Shown: positions 43,688-56,497, counted from the stretch's first letter. The stretch is 64,000 nucleotides of DNA from an uncultured Planctomycetota bacterium (GCA_963841915.1 CAWJEN010000005.1:544001-608000); one strand, 5' to 3'. Notes: generated by a model not told the origin, from the sequence alone. Made by a program: numbers and translations.

Positions 43688-44055
43688 TTACACCCGCCGT
43701 TGCTGCCGCCATCGTTTCGGCGCTCGCGTTGCTGGTCCGTGAACTCATCGCCCGTCGCGGCTCGTTTGCAAAGCTTCAACAGGACCGTCAGCAGATCGAA
43801 GGCGACCTCGCCGTCCGCGGCCAGGAGATGCTGCTCAAGCAGATCGAGGGTCTATGGGCCGAGAACGCGTCGGTAAAGACGCGTGAGGCCGAAGGACGTG
43901 CCCGTTGTCGGGTCCTGGAACAGCAGGTCACGACGCTGGAGCAGCACTGCCGCGAGCTTGAGGCGCAGATCGAGCAACTCCGACGCCGTCTCGATCGCCA
44001 CGACCGCCTGCTACCGGGTCCGAGTGCTTCGTCGATCGTCGCAGTCGGGGCGTGA
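43675..44055 (+). CDS. Holin-like protein: N-terminal TM helix plus long coiled coil
   Basis: AVAAAIVSALALLV-RELIARR followed by heptad pattern LEQQVTTLEQHCRELEAQIEQLRRRL; overlaps the upstream gene. Confidence 0.65.
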   Translation: MQDLITPAVAAAIVSALALLVRELIARRGSFAKLQQDRQQIEGDLAVRGQEMLLKQIEGLWAENASVKTREAEGRARCRVLEQQVTTLEQHCRELEAQIEQLRRRLDRHDRLLPGPSASSIVAVGA

Positions 44056-44088
44056 CGACCATCTTGTTCTTTTCTTCTGTTTCCCCAC

Positions 44089-44139
44089 CTGCGGGCAGCC
44101 TGGGCTGCCTGCTGCGGGCAGCCTGGGCTGCCTGCTGCG
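44089..44139. repeat. 23-bp tandem repeat (2.2 copies), each with an internal palindrome
   Basis: CTGCGGGCAGCCTGGGCTGCCTG twice plus CTGCG; GGCAGCC-TG-GGCTGCC hairpin. Confidence 0.85.
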
Positions 44140-44183
44140 ACTCCTTTGCTCCGTCCGCTTACCCTTTGTCTCAAGGACCTTTC

Positions 44184-45674
44184 ATGTTGATGACGCTGTT
44201 GCTCGCCGCCTCGCTCGCTCTGGCCCCGCCGGGTGACGACCCTTACCGATCGGCCCGGGAGGGCCTGGATCAACTTCAGTCGGAGAACGAGCGGCTGCGC
44301 GAGGAAGTCGATCTGCTCCGCCAGCAACTTGTCGCCCCGGCTGCCGCGGCCGGCGTGCAAACGATGGTCGGCCGTCTCGTCACGGTCGAGATTCCGCCCG
44401 AGCTGCAAACACCCGACGCCCACGGCCGCCGATTTGTCTGGAACTTCGGCGACGGCTCGACCGAGCGACCCGGCTACGCCGCCGGTCACGTCTACGACAC
44501 GGGCGGCCGGTACGTCGTCACGCTTGACGGCGAAGCCTTCGCAACGGTCGATGTCCTGCCGCGACCGGCCGGGCAGATGGTGGTGCTGCCACCGCTTGTC
44601 CGCGGGTTCAAAGCAAGGGCCAACACGCTGTACCTCGCCGATCCGGCAGGCACGCGTGTCACCGGCTCCGTCGACGCGACGGCAGGTGGCGTGACCTTAC
44701 GCGGGCTCGTCTTCGACCTGGGAGTCGACGCCAAGCTGCCAGCCGTGCTACCGGGTGATGACCTGGCCGTGATCGACTGCCGCGTCGACTCGGCCCGCAG
44801 TTTCATCGAACTCAACTTCGGCAGCCGAGTCGATGGCCTGCTCCTCGAACGCGTCGAACAAGGCGGCACGAACACGCTGCAGCGTTATCTCGTGGGCCTC
44901 TTTGGGGACACCTCGAACGTCAGCGTCTACGACACGGCCGCGACGAACTCGAACCACGAGCACATCCTGCGGCTCAGCGGCGACCCGACAGGTGGCCAAA
45001 CCAGCTTCGCCTCCGTCCACAACAACATCCTCAGCAACCTCAGCGAACGCAACGGCGGGCCAAAGGGTGACATGGGCAAAGCGACAGTCATCCTGCAAAA
45101 CGGTCGGTTCGGACACGTCGAAGGCAACACGCTCGTCGGCCCCAGCGGCGCCGGCCCACTGCCCGGTAAGGACGGCGAGGGTGTCTCACAATGGCGATGG
45201 CGAACCGCCAGGTGGCAGGACAACCAGATGGCCGGTGGCTGGCACGCCGACCACGGACTCATCGGCTGCACCTTCACCGGTAACTTTGTCGACGTGCCCG
45301 ACGGTGGCGGCATTCTCGTCCACGGCAAGAGCGATGCCCACGGCGGCAGGCTCGTCGAAGACCTGGTCGTCGACAACGTCGACATTGTCGGCCGCTCAGG
45401 GGCGACGCTGCTCGAGGTGCGGGGCCAGACGGGCGGCGTGCTCCTGAGCCGCGTGAGACTCGGGGCCGACCCGTCCATTCCGGCCGCAGAGAATCCGATG
45501 CCGTCGCTGCGACTGGCAAACAACCCGCAGGCGATCGGCGTCGAGCTGAGCGAAGTCACCGCGCCCGTCATCCGGAGCTGGCCTAAGCCGTCACTGGCCC
45601 TGTGCGGCGGCCAGAACGACAAGTCAGCCTACCGCGGCGTCGGCGAAGTGGCCGGATTGGAGGCCAGCGAATGA
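44184..45674 (+). CDS. Exported protein: signal peptide, coiled coil, PKD domain and predicted parallel beta-helix
   Basis: WNFGDG...GHVY..GGRYVVTL PKD motif; repeated VHNNIL/VEGNTL/FTGNFV/VVDNV rungs. Confidence 0.75.
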   Translation: MLMTLLLAASLALAPPGDDPYRSAREGLDQLQSENERLREEVDLLRQQLVAPAAAAGVQTMVGRLVTVEIPPELQTPDAHGRRFVWNFGDGSTERPGYAAGHVYDTGGRYVVTLDGEAFATVDVLPRPAGQMVVLPPLVRGFKARANTLYLADPAGTRVTGSVDATAGGVTLRGLVFDLGVDAKLPAVLPGDDLAVIDCRVDSARSFIELNFGSRVDGLLLERVEQGGTNTLQRYLVGLFGDTSNVSVYDTAATNSNHEHILRLSGDPTGGQTSFASVHNNILSNLSERNGGPKGDMGKATVILQNGRFGHVEGNTLVGPSGAGPLPGKDGEGVSQWRWRTARWQDNQMAGGWHADHGLIGCTFTGNFVDVPDGGGILVHGKSDAHGGRLVEDLVVDNVDIVGRSGATLLEVRGQTGGVLLSRVRLGADPSIPAAENPMPSLRLANNPQAIGVELSEVTAPVIRSWPKPSLALCGGQNDKSAYRGVGEVAGLEASE

Positions 45675-46618
45675 AGCGCTTTCTCCTTTCTGCAAGCGTT
45701 GCGGTACTGCTGACTTCACCGGCTGCACTGGCACAAGAGCCGACGCGAAGCGACCTGCTCGCGGCTACGACCGGGCACACGTATGCCTCGCCCGATGATC
45801 GCATCGACGAGTTGCAAGTCCTCGTGAACCAAGCCTCGAAGGGCAGCGGAACGCTGGTGCTGCTGCCCGGGCTGTACCACCTGCCAAGGGCGCTGGAGCT
45901 GCCGCCGGGCCTACGGCTCATCGGGCACGGCGTGACGATGCGGCCGAGCATCGGATACGACGGGCCGCTGCTCGTGGGTGTCGGCAAGATCAACTCCAAC
46001 CGCAACGGCCGGACGATCGAGGGCATCAGCTTTCGCTTTGCAGGGACAGCCATCAGCGGGACGTGGCACTGGAGCACGCTCCGCGACCTGAGCTTTGCCG
46101 ACTGCAAGATCGGCATCGACGCCGGGCCGGTCGGGCTGACGGTCGAGCGGTCCCATTTCGAGTCGAACCAGCTTCACCTCAAGCTCAGCGGCACGGCCTC
46201 GACCTTCCGCGACTGCACGTTCTTCGGCGGACGCGGCGAGCAGTCGATGCGGCTGGTCGATGTCAAAGGTCTGACCTTCGACGGGTGCGTCATCGAGCGG
46301 AACAAGGGGCCGATGTACGTCGCCGACGGACGGCTCATTCGTTTTCTGGGTGGTTGGATCGAGAACAACGGCGGCGAGTCGGAAATCGAGCTGGCTCAAA
46401 GCGAAGGTCGCGGCGTGTACGGGCTGACGTTCGACGGCGTCTACTTCGCCGCCCGACCTGGCACGGTGGCCATCGTCCACGGGCTCGACTTTGCCACAAG
46501 CACCAGCTTCCGAGACATCGGCGGCAACCTCCAGGGTGCAGCGCTGACAACCGGTCGCGTGGTCGAGCACGAGCCCTCGCCGCTGGGCCTGCCGGGCAAG
46601 GAACCGGCAGAGGAGTAA
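45671..46618 (+). CDS. Exported pectate-lyase-superfamily right-handed beta-helix protein
   Basis: Signal peptide MKRFLLSASVAVLLTSPAALA; GTLVLLPGLY...LRLIGHG N-cap; FRDCTF, FDGCVIERN, GGWIENN rungs; ATGA overlap. Confidence 0.78.
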   Translation: MKRFLLSASVAVLLTSPAALAQEPTRSDLLAATTGHTYASPDDRIDELQVLVNQASKGSGTLVLLPGLYHLPRALELPPGLRLIGHGVTMRPSIGYDGPLLVGVGKINSNRNGRTIEGISFRFAGTAISGTWHWSTLRDLSFADCKIGIDAGPVGLTVERSHFESNQLHLKLSGTASTFRDCTFFGGRGEQSMRLVDVKGLTFDGCVIERNKGPMYVADGRLIRFLGGWIENNGGESEIELAQSEGRGVYGLTFDGVYFAARPGTVAIVHGLDFATSTSFRDIGGNLQGAALTTGRVVEHEPSPLGLPGKEPAEE

Positions 46619-46724
46619 CGCCCAACGATCGAGCTTTATCGTCGCTCGTCGCTCGCTCAGGAGAACGATCTACGTCACAACCCGAGGATTCACCCGGCCG
46701 ACCGCTCCGAGCGAGTCGGCCGCT

Positions 46725-48719
46725 TTATGCCTTTTTCGGGAAGATCGGCGGCATAGGGCACTGCAGCACGGCGGCGAATGCCCGGAGCAACTCCGCCTCC
46801 TCGACCGTCACGCGACCGTCGGCGGCAACGGTGGCGGCGGCGGCTTCGAGAACATGCTGCTTCACCGGCATCCGCGCCTCGGCAAGCCTCGACAGGGCGG
46901 CGTCGAGCTGCGACAAATGAAAACCGCCGTCGAACTCCGGAAGCCCAGGCGGCAGCGTGCCGGACCCGCGGTTAAATGCCGCCTGGGCCGCGGTTGCGTC
47001 ATCCGGGTGTCCTGCCAACGCGAGCGCGGACAAGGCTGTTGCCGTCTCGGTCCACAACGCCGACATCGTTGCAAATCTCTCGCGGACTTGTGGCCGAAGA
47101 ATGACCCGCTCGAGCAGCTTGTACAGTGCGTACTCCGACGGATCGATTTGCTGATCCGCCTCGATGAGCTGGCGGATGATGTTGAGCAGGCGGCTGCCAC
47201 GGTCGCGACCGAGCGTGCGAAGGGCAGGGCTGGCAAGCTCGATCATCGGTAGCCGGCCGGGCGGGCCAAGCTTGGCGACGGCGTCGCTGAGCGCGGTCGC
47301 CGCGACGGCCGTTTCGGAGTCGAGCTGAGCGAGCAGATCGTCCTGCATCACGCGAACGGCTCGATCTTTCGAGAAGAACAAACTGGCGACGATGCCGCGG
47401 GCAAGGTCCGGGCGACGGGCGGCGGCACGAATGCCCGACGGCAGTGCGGCTGCAAGTTGCTGCCCTTGCTCGATGTCCTCGGGATCGAGGCTGCCGATGT
47501 GATTCGCAATGCCGGCCGCACCAATAGCGATGTCCATCTTGTTGTCGCTTGCGCCGGAGAGGCCGCTCGCACCGGCCGTCATATCACCAAAGATGTCACC
47601 GAGCGGCCCGAGCGGGCCCTTCTGACGACGACGGTCACGCTCGAGTTCCTGGCTCTTGTCATACGTGCGTTTGGCCCTGTTTTGATTCGCCTCGAACTCC
47701 AGCATCGATCCGTCCCACTGCGCGTCGATCGCTTTGATCCGCTCGGGCAGCGGGGGGTGCGTGGCGAACATGGCTGCAAAGCCACTGGCAAAGAACAGGT
47801 GAGCGCACTCGCCGGCATGGGCGCTGCTGACGTTTGCGCCGTACTGGTTGCCGCCGATCTTGCGGAGGGCGTCGCGGATGCCGACCGAATTGCGGGTAAA
47901 TTGCACTGCCGATGCGTCGGCGAGAAATTCACGCTGGCGACTGACGCTGGCTTGGATGAGCCTGCCGAAGAAGACACCGATCGACCCGATAAGCCAGACG
48001 AGTCCACCGACGATGAGCAGGGCGATACCGAACGCCGCGCCGCCACCCTTGTCGTCGCGAGACGATCGACGGCTCGACTGCATGAGGTACGGGGCGTAGC
48101 GGAAGATGGTGTAGCCGAGCAATCCGATGACGAGGATGCCGAAGATGACGCCGATCAGCCGGATGTTCAGCCGCATGTCGCCGTTGAGGACATGGCTGAA
48201 TTCGTGGGCGATGACGCCTTGCAGCTCGTCGCGGCTGAGCTTTTCCATCGTGCCGCGTGTGACGCCGATCGCGGCGGCATCGACGTCGCTGCCGGCGGCG
48301 AAAGCGTTGATGCCAAGATCTTTGTCAATAACGTAGGTGTCCGGCACCGGCATGCCGCTGGCGAGGCTCATCTCCTCGACGACGTTGAGCAATTTGCGTT
48401 CGTCGGCGTCGTCGGATTGCGGATCGAGCTTGCGACCGCCCAATAGGCGGGCGACCTTGCCACCGTCGCCGTGCAGCTGGGCCGTCTTGAAGAAGCTGGC
48501 CCCGAAAATGACGACGAGTGTGCCGAGCGTGATGGCGACGTGCAGGCCGGGTGCCCAGAGCTGGATGTCAGATGAAGTCTCGCGATCCTGCGTCATATTG
48601 ATGGCGAGCAGGCCGACGAGATTCAGCGCGATGACAATGCCGATGACGGCGAGGCCGAACAGCACAATGAGCTTCTTGGTGCCGCGGCGCGCTTCGTCTT
48701 GGCGTTCAAAGAAGTTCAT
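46725..48719 (-). CDS. M48 family metallopeptidase (HtpX-like, long form with TerB-like C-terminus)
   Basis: INAFAAG, LQGVIAHEFSHVLNGD, SRQREFLADASAVQFTR, THPPL. Confidence 0.92.
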   Translation of the reverse strand: MNFFERQDEARRGTKKLIVLFGLAVIGIVIALNLVGLLAINMTQDRETSSDIQLWAPGLHVAITLGTLVVIFGASFFKTAQLHGDGGKVARLLGGRKLDPQSDDADERKLLNVVEEMSLASGMPVPDTYVIDKDLGINAFAAGSDVDAAAIGVTRGTMEKLSRDELQGVIAHEFSHVLNGDMRLNIRLIGVIFGILVIGLLGYTIFRYAPYLMQSSRRSSRDDKGGGAAFGIALLIVGGLVWLIGSIGVFFGRLIQASVSRQREFLADASAVQFTRNSVGIRDALRKIGGNQYGANVSSAHAGECAHLFFASGFAAMFATHPPLPERIKAIDAQWDGSMLEFEANQNRAKRTYDKSQELERDRRRQKGPLGPLGDIFGDMTAGASGLSGASDNKMDIAIGAAGIANHIGSLDPEDIEQGQQLAAALPSGIRAAARRPDLARGIVASLFFSKDRAVRVMQDDLLAQLDSETAVAATALSDAVAKLGPPGRLPMIELASPALRTLGRDRGSRLLNIIRQLIEADQQIDPSEYALYKLLERVILRPQVRERFATMSALWTETATALSALALAGHPDDATAAQAAFNRGSGTLPPGLPEFDGGFHLSQLDAALSRLAEARMPVKQHVLEAAAATVAADGRVTVEEAELLRAFAAVLQCPMPPIFPKKA

Positions 48720-49241
48720 CTAGGATGCAGTCTATCTGCGAGACGATCGAGCTGCAGGTTGCGGACTTTGATAATCAGGCTTCTGAGTCATCGGCGGCCG
48801 AAGAGTCAGGCTCGTTTCTCTCCTGGAAGTTTTGAAGCGCCTCACGCCCGATGCTGGTCAACCACACGCTGCGGCCGTCGCTGCTCACAAGGGCAACAAC
48901 AAGCTCGGCGGCTACAGGTGCCGCGGCGGCATCGACCCCATCTTGGGAATCGGCTCCAAGCACCAGACGTTGCCCCCACAGCAACAACTCCGCGATGCCC
49001 ATAGGCGAAACGCGGCTGATCAGCGGGCCGTCGACAACAGCGTCGATGAACCCATGCGGACGTCGGCATCGCTCGTGGTCCGGACGCGACTAGAGAAAAA
49101 GCTGCCGCGCGTTTGCCATTCCTGCCACAGAGGCGGGGGCAGCAAGACGAAGCCGAACGCTGCTGACCGCCCTCTGTCGCAGGACGGCCTCCGCAGCGCG
49201 GACGGTATCCACATCAGCATGACGGACTCACGGCGTGAGCG

Positions 49242-49868
49242 CTAGACGGGACTTTGCTCCGACGACGACTCCAGTGACACGGAAACTGCCTGCCGTTCGG
49301 CAGCTTCACTGATCTCGAATAGCGCGGCGCCTGTAAATCCGAGCGGGCCTGCGATCAGGACAGTCGGCAGCGACTGCCGGGTCGCGTTGAAGGACATGAC
49401 GCTGTCGTTGTAATGCTGCCTTGCGAAAGCGATGCGGTTCTCGGTGCTGGTCAGCTCCTCAAAAAGCCTTGCCGTCTGCTGGTCTGCCTTCAAATCCGGA
49501 TAATCCTCTTTCACAACCATCAGTCGGCCGAGCAGGGCGGTAAGGGAGGACTCCGCGCCAGAAAGCTCACGAACCGCGGCGGCATTTGCAGGATCGGCGG
49601 CTGCGGATTGACTGGCGGCAAAGGCGGCGTTTCGAGCGGCGATGACCTTCTCGAGGGTCAGCCGTTCGTGGCTCATATAGCCCTTAACGGCGTTGACGAG
49701 ATTGGGAATGAGGTCGTATCGCCGCTTGAGTTGGACGTCGATCTGGGCGAACGCGTTCTTGTACCGCTCTCGCAGCTTGATGAGCTTGTTGTACGCAAGA
49801 ATCCCAAATCCGGCCACGCCGACAACCAGCAACACGAGGAGAGCAACGATAACCAGGAACGCGTTCAC
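49242..49868 (-). CDS. lemA: LemA family protein
   Basis: AQIDVQLKRRYDLIPNLV, YPDLKA, ENRIAFARQHYND. Confidence 0.95.
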   Translation of the reverse strand: MNAFLVIVALLVLLVVGVAGFGILAYNKLIKLRERYKNAFAQIDVQLKRRYDLIPNLVNAVKGYMSHERLTLEKVIAARNAAFAASQSAAADPANAAAVRELSGAESSLTALLGRLMVVKEDYPDLKADQQTARLFEELTSTENRIAFARQHYNDSVMSFNATRQSLPTVLIAGPLGFTGAALFEISEAAERQAVSVSLESSSEQSPV

Positions 49869-49975
49869 GCCAGCAGCGTACGCGACGTAGCCGACGCATG
49901 CAGTTTCTAAACCTCAGATCCACGACGTTGAAGCCATCAACCGCGGAACAGTACGAAGTCCACGCAGATATCACG

Positions 49976-50010
49976 AAAGAAGCCCCAGACGCATGTGCGT
50001 CTGGGGCTTC
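49976..50010 (-). terminator. Terminator of the 23S-5S rRNA unit
   Basis: GAAGCCCCAGACGCA-CA-TGCGTCTGGGGCTTC hairpin followed by TTTC on the minus strand. Confidence 0.8.
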
Positions 50011-50019
50011 GAGTAAAGA

Positions 50020-50127
50020 GCCGGCAGTAACCTACTTTCCCGCTGAAGCAGTATCATTGGCCCATCAGGCTTAACGGCCGTGTTCGGTATGGGAACGGGT
50101 GTGACCCTGATGGTATAGCCACCGGCA
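50020..50127 (-). rRNA. rrf: 5S rRNA (short, ~108 nt)
   Basis: Reverse complement contains CACCCGTTCCCATACCGAACACGGCCGTTAAG and GGGAAAGTAGGT; GCCGG terminal stem. Confidence 0.95.
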
Positions 50128-50293
50128 AAGCCGTCGGCATCGGATTAGCGACGCCGACGGTTGGAAGACAGAGGAGGGGTATGAGCCCTGATATTCGTTG
50201 CAAAGTGACGAATCGTGCGGGTATGAGCCGAACACAATTTCGTTCGATCACATTCACCGTGTCACCGGGTGTACCGATGGGAGACGATAAATA

Positions 50294-53131
<2,838 letters not shown>

Positions 53132-53338
53132 ATACTTATCACGTCCCAGCAGTACCAGGTCACCTGACCCGCCTGTGGCGTGTGTATGTCACCGAAAAGG
53201 TGCTCGACTTCTATGGGTTGGCAACAGACCCTGTTGCCAACACCCGCACTCATGCGTGCATCACCCAGCCCTAGGACACCTGTCCACAGCTGACAGTGAT
53301 GCGTATATCACTTCGCATTGAACCTCTCTGTCTTCACT

Positions 53339-53350
53339 TGTCAAAGAGCA
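53339..53350 (-). promoter_or_regulatory. boxA antitermination element in the 23S leader
   Basis: TGCTCTTTGACA (consensus TGCTCTTTAACA). Confidence 0.8.
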
Positions 53351-53539
53351 GTGCTCTTTCGAGTCGCCTGACGTAGCCGGTAAACCGGGTTGACTCCCTT
53401 GCCCCGTAGGGCGAAGCTTGTCGGTCAGGCGGGGGCCACTGTAGGCGGCCCCCGCGGTTCGTCAAGCGGTCGATTAACTCGATGCTCAACTTCCCGCGTC
53501 CGTCTCAGAGTCACTTTCGTGTCTCGTCGGCGGGCGGGA

Positions 53540-53567
53540 AAGATAGGCCGCCCATCCCAGACGGCAA
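53540..53567 (-). promoter_or_regulatory. rRNA-type sigma70 promoter for the 23S-5S unit
   Basis: TTGCCG-16 nt-TATCTT followed by GC-rich discriminator TCCCGCCC. Confidence 0.7.
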
Positions 53568-53605
53568 GCCTAGAGGGTGATTTTGTTCGCGATTGTGCCT
53601 TCGTA

Positions 53606-54445
53606 TCACCCTGATCTGGCGTCGTCAGCGTCGTAAGGTGTTGTTGTTCCAGCAAGCTGTTGTTCAACCCGCTCGACGGTTTGCGCCCGTCCGGTGGCCA
53701 CATCGATCTCTGTCAGTACCCCGCTGAGGCGAACATCTCCCCCTGCGACTTCGAAGTTCGCCGGGACTTGGCGGCCCATCCAGTCGAGCACGGCTTCTTT
53801 TTTCCTTCCGAGGATTGAGTCGTAAGGCCCGCACATGCCGACGTCGCTGATGTGGGCAGTGTGGCGATTCATGATGCGGGCGTCTGCGGTGGGCACGTGG
53901 GTATGAGTGCCGAAGACGAGGCTGGCTCTGCCTGCGAGATACCAGCCCATGCCGACTTTTTCGCTCGTCGCCTCTGCATGCATGTCGACGACCACAACTT
54001 TGACGCTTTTGGGCAGGCTGGCGAGGATGCGATCTGCGACGTCGAAGGGGTCGCTACAGGGCAGGCTGGCCATAAACAGTCGGCCGCTCAGGACCAGGAC
54101 GGCTACGGGCACTTCGTTGTCACCGACGCGTACGGGAACGATCGTGTGCGTCTTGCCGTGGCCTCTTGGGCTGAGGTTGGCCGGCCGGAGGATCCGGTCG
54201 CTTCGGTCGAGGACGGGAAGAATCTCGCGTCTGCGGGCAAAGTGGTCGCCGAGCGTGATCACGCCGACGCCGTTCTGGCGTAGGTCCTGGAAGATCTTGG
54301 GCGTAATCCCGCTGCCTGCGGCGGCGTTTTCGCCATTGGCGACGACGAGGTCGATTTGCCTCTCCTGAACGAGCGGTGGCAGGAGCTGGCGAACGGCTTC
54401 GCGACCGGGCCGGCCGACAATGTCGCCGAGGGCGAGGATTCTCAT
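53606..54445 (-). CDS. ymdB: YmdB/TIGR00282 family metallophosphoesterase
   Basis: GDIVGRPGR, NGENAAAG, DMHAEATSEK, GTHTHV, DVGMCGP. Confidence 0.93.
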   Translation of the reverse strand: MRILALGDIVGRPGREAVRQLLPPLVQERQIDLVVANGENAAAGSGITPKIFQDLRQNGVGVITLGDHFARRREILPVLDRSDRILRPANLSPRGHGKTHTIVPVRVGDNEVPVAVLVLSGRLFMASLPCSDPFDVADRILASLPKSVKVVVVDMHAEATSEKVGMGWYLAGRASLVFGTHTHVPTADARIMNRHTAHISDVGMCGPYDSILGRKKEAVLDWMGRQVPANFEVAGGDVRLSGVLTEIDVATGRAQTVERVEQQLAGTTTPYDADDARSG

Positions 54446-54563
54446 GAGCGGGAGGGTAACGGGTTGGCGTACGAAGAAGCCCACGGGGAGGCCGTGGGCT
54501 TACTCACTGATCAGTTTGGGCCGGAGCAAAGCCTTTGAAGTGGCTTTGCCCAGTGCACGCTTG

Positions 54564-55127
54564 TCAGTCTTTGGAGACGCGCTCGATGTACGCGCCGTCG
54601 CTCGTGTTCACGCGCACCACGTCACCTGGGTTGATGAACGGCGGGACCTTGATGACGAGGCCCGTCTCGCTCGTGGCGTCCTTGAGCTGGTTCGTCGCTG
54701 TCGCACCTTTGATGGCGGGTGGCGTGTCGGCGACGGCGTGGTCAACCACCTTGGGCAGCTCGTAGCTCACCATGGAGCCCTCGTAATACATGGCCTGCAT
54801 CTGCGTGTTGGGCGTCAGGAACAGGGCATCGCTGCCGAGAACGTCCTGCGGGATTGCAGGCTGCTCGTAGGTCTCCATGTCCATGAAGATATGAGATTCA
54901 CCGTCGCTGTAGAGGTACTCGACGGTTCTGCGATCGAGGTTGACGGTCTCGATGTTGTCGGTGGCGCCGACGCGTTTGTCCTGGATCGTGCCCTTCTTAA
55001 CGTCGCGCAGCTTGAACTGCACCTTGGCCCGTAGGTTGCCGGGCGTGTTGTGATCGGCGTTGGTGACGACGTAGAGGGTGCCGTCGATGACGACGGCTTG
55101 ACCGCGGCGGATGTCGCTGGCGCGCAT
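54564..55127 (-). CDS. efp: Elongation factor P
   Basis: HNTPGNLRA loop, EYLYSDG, FMDMETYEQ, ETGLVIKVPPFI. Confidence 0.95.
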   Translation of the reverse strand: MRASDIRRGQAVVIDGTLYVVTNADHNTPGNLRAKVQFKLRDVKKGTIQDKRVGATDNIETVNLDRRTVEYLYSDGESHIFMDMETYEQPAIPQDVLGSDALFLTPNTQMQAMYYEGSMVSYELPKVVDHAVADTPPAIKGATATNQLKDATSETGLVIKVPPFINPGDVVRVNTSDGAYIERVSKD

Positions 55128-55261
55128 AACTTGATTGGGCTGAATCTTCGTGAACAGGTGCGTCGCTATCCCGAGCGGCGCGGGGCGAAGCCTAAGGGCA
55201 TTGAACAAGCTGTGCCACTTCGGGCGCATCGACAGCATCCCATCTGGCCTACAACGGTCCC

Positions 55262-56497
55262 GTGGACCCGATGGACCTGCTCTGGCTTACCGTTGCCGCC
55301 TTGCGGTGGTTTGCATTGGCGTTCGGCCTGCTCATGGTCGTGGCCACCGTGCTGTCAGAGACCGATCTGCCGCACTGGCCGGTTCGCATGTGGGACTTTC
55401 CACGCTCGCAGATCCTCGTGATCTGTTTCGGCATCGCGATCCTTTACCCGTTCCTCGCCTGGCACGGTGGCATGGGCTGGTTCGACTGGGCACTGCCTGT
55501 CGTGTTGCTCTTGTCAGCAGGCAGGCAGGCGATGTGGATCTGGCCGTACGTCGGGGCGGGCAAAAAAGACCTGCTCCGCAGCGACGAAGAGCCCGACGCC
55601 GACAGCGTCATCCGCGTCCTCATCAGCAACGTCCTGCAGCAGAATGAGGACTACGACCTGTGGCGAAGCGTGATCGAGCAGGAAGATTTCGATCTCATCG
55701 CCTGTGCCGAGACGAACGAGCGGTGGATTAAAGAGATTGGCAAGCTCCTCGACGCGTCCCACCCGCACCAGAAGTTCGTGCCGCAGGACAACATGTACGG
55801 CATGGCGGTCTGGAGCCGATTGGAACTCCAGGACGTGACCGTCGAGCGGATCGTGCAGGAAGACATTCCGAGTATGCACCTGACGGTCAAGCTCCCCAAC
55901 GGCCAGCCGATCCGGTTGCACGTGCTGCACCCGAGGCCACCCGCACCGCAAGAAGGCGACTCATCGGCTCCACGTGATGCCGAGCTGACGGTCATGGCCC
56001 GGCGAATCGAGCGGGCCTGCGACGAGGGCGGTGGGGGTGACGACGCACTGCCGACCATTGTCTGCGGCGACATGAACGACGTCGCCTGGAGCCGGACGAG
56101 TGACATCTTTCTCGCCATCAGCGGCCTGCTCGATCCACGTCGCGGCCGTGGATTGTTCAACACCTTCCACGCCGGCCACTGGTGGGTGCGGTTCCCGCTG
56201 GACCACTTCTTCGTCGACCGCCGGTTCAAGCTCGTCGAGATGCGGCGGCTCGACTACGTCGGCTCGGACCACTTTCCAGTCTACCTGGCCGTCTCGCTCG
56301 AGCCTGAAGCCGAGCAAGAGCAGCCACGGCACAAGGTCACGCAAGACGACCGCGAACAGGCGGGCGACCTTATCGAGCAGCAAAAGGACCGCGAGGCCGA
56401 CGGCGACGAAAACGGCCATCTTCGCAACGATGCAAGCCCTGAGGCACAGGCGGACGAGCAGCGAGAGGCCAAGAGCGATCCCGAGGGAGAACGATGA
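55262..56497 (+). CDS. Membrane-anchored endonuclease/exonuclease/phosphatase (YafD-like)
   Basis: Three N-terminal TMs; ISNV, HPRPP, GDMNDVAWS, LDH, GSDHFP. Confidence 0.9.
   Translation: MDPMDLLWLTVAALRWFALAFGLLMVVATVLSETDLPHWPVRMWDFPRSQILVICFGIAILYPFLAWHGGMGWFDWALPVVLLLSAGRQAMWIWPYVGAGKKDLLRSDEEPDADSVIRVLISNVLQQNEDYDLWRSVIEQEDFDLIACAETNERWIKEIGKLLDASHPHQKFVPQDNMYGMAVWSRLELQDVTVERIVQEDIPSMHLTVKLPNGQPIRLHVLHPRPPAPQEGDSSAPRDAELTVMARRIERACDEGGGGDDALPTIVCGDMNDVAWSRTSDIFLAISGLLDPRRGRGLFNTFHAGHWWVRFPLDHFFVDRRFKLVEMRRLDYVGSDHFPVYLAVSLEPEAEQEQPRHKVTQDDREQAGDLIEQQKDREADGDENGHLRNDASPEAQADEQREAKSDPEGER

Noticed and set aside
42720..46720. Intact prophage
   Set aside because: Only ~4 kb; no integrase, att repeats, replication, capsid or tail genes detected
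48775..49245. Gene between lemA and htpX
   Set aside because: Only short discontinuous ORFs with no recognisable motif; possibly a decayed gene but unsupported
53135..53540. tRNA genes in the 23S leader
   Set aside because: Hairpins are present but no cloverleaf, T-loop GTTCGA or CCA pattern was recognised
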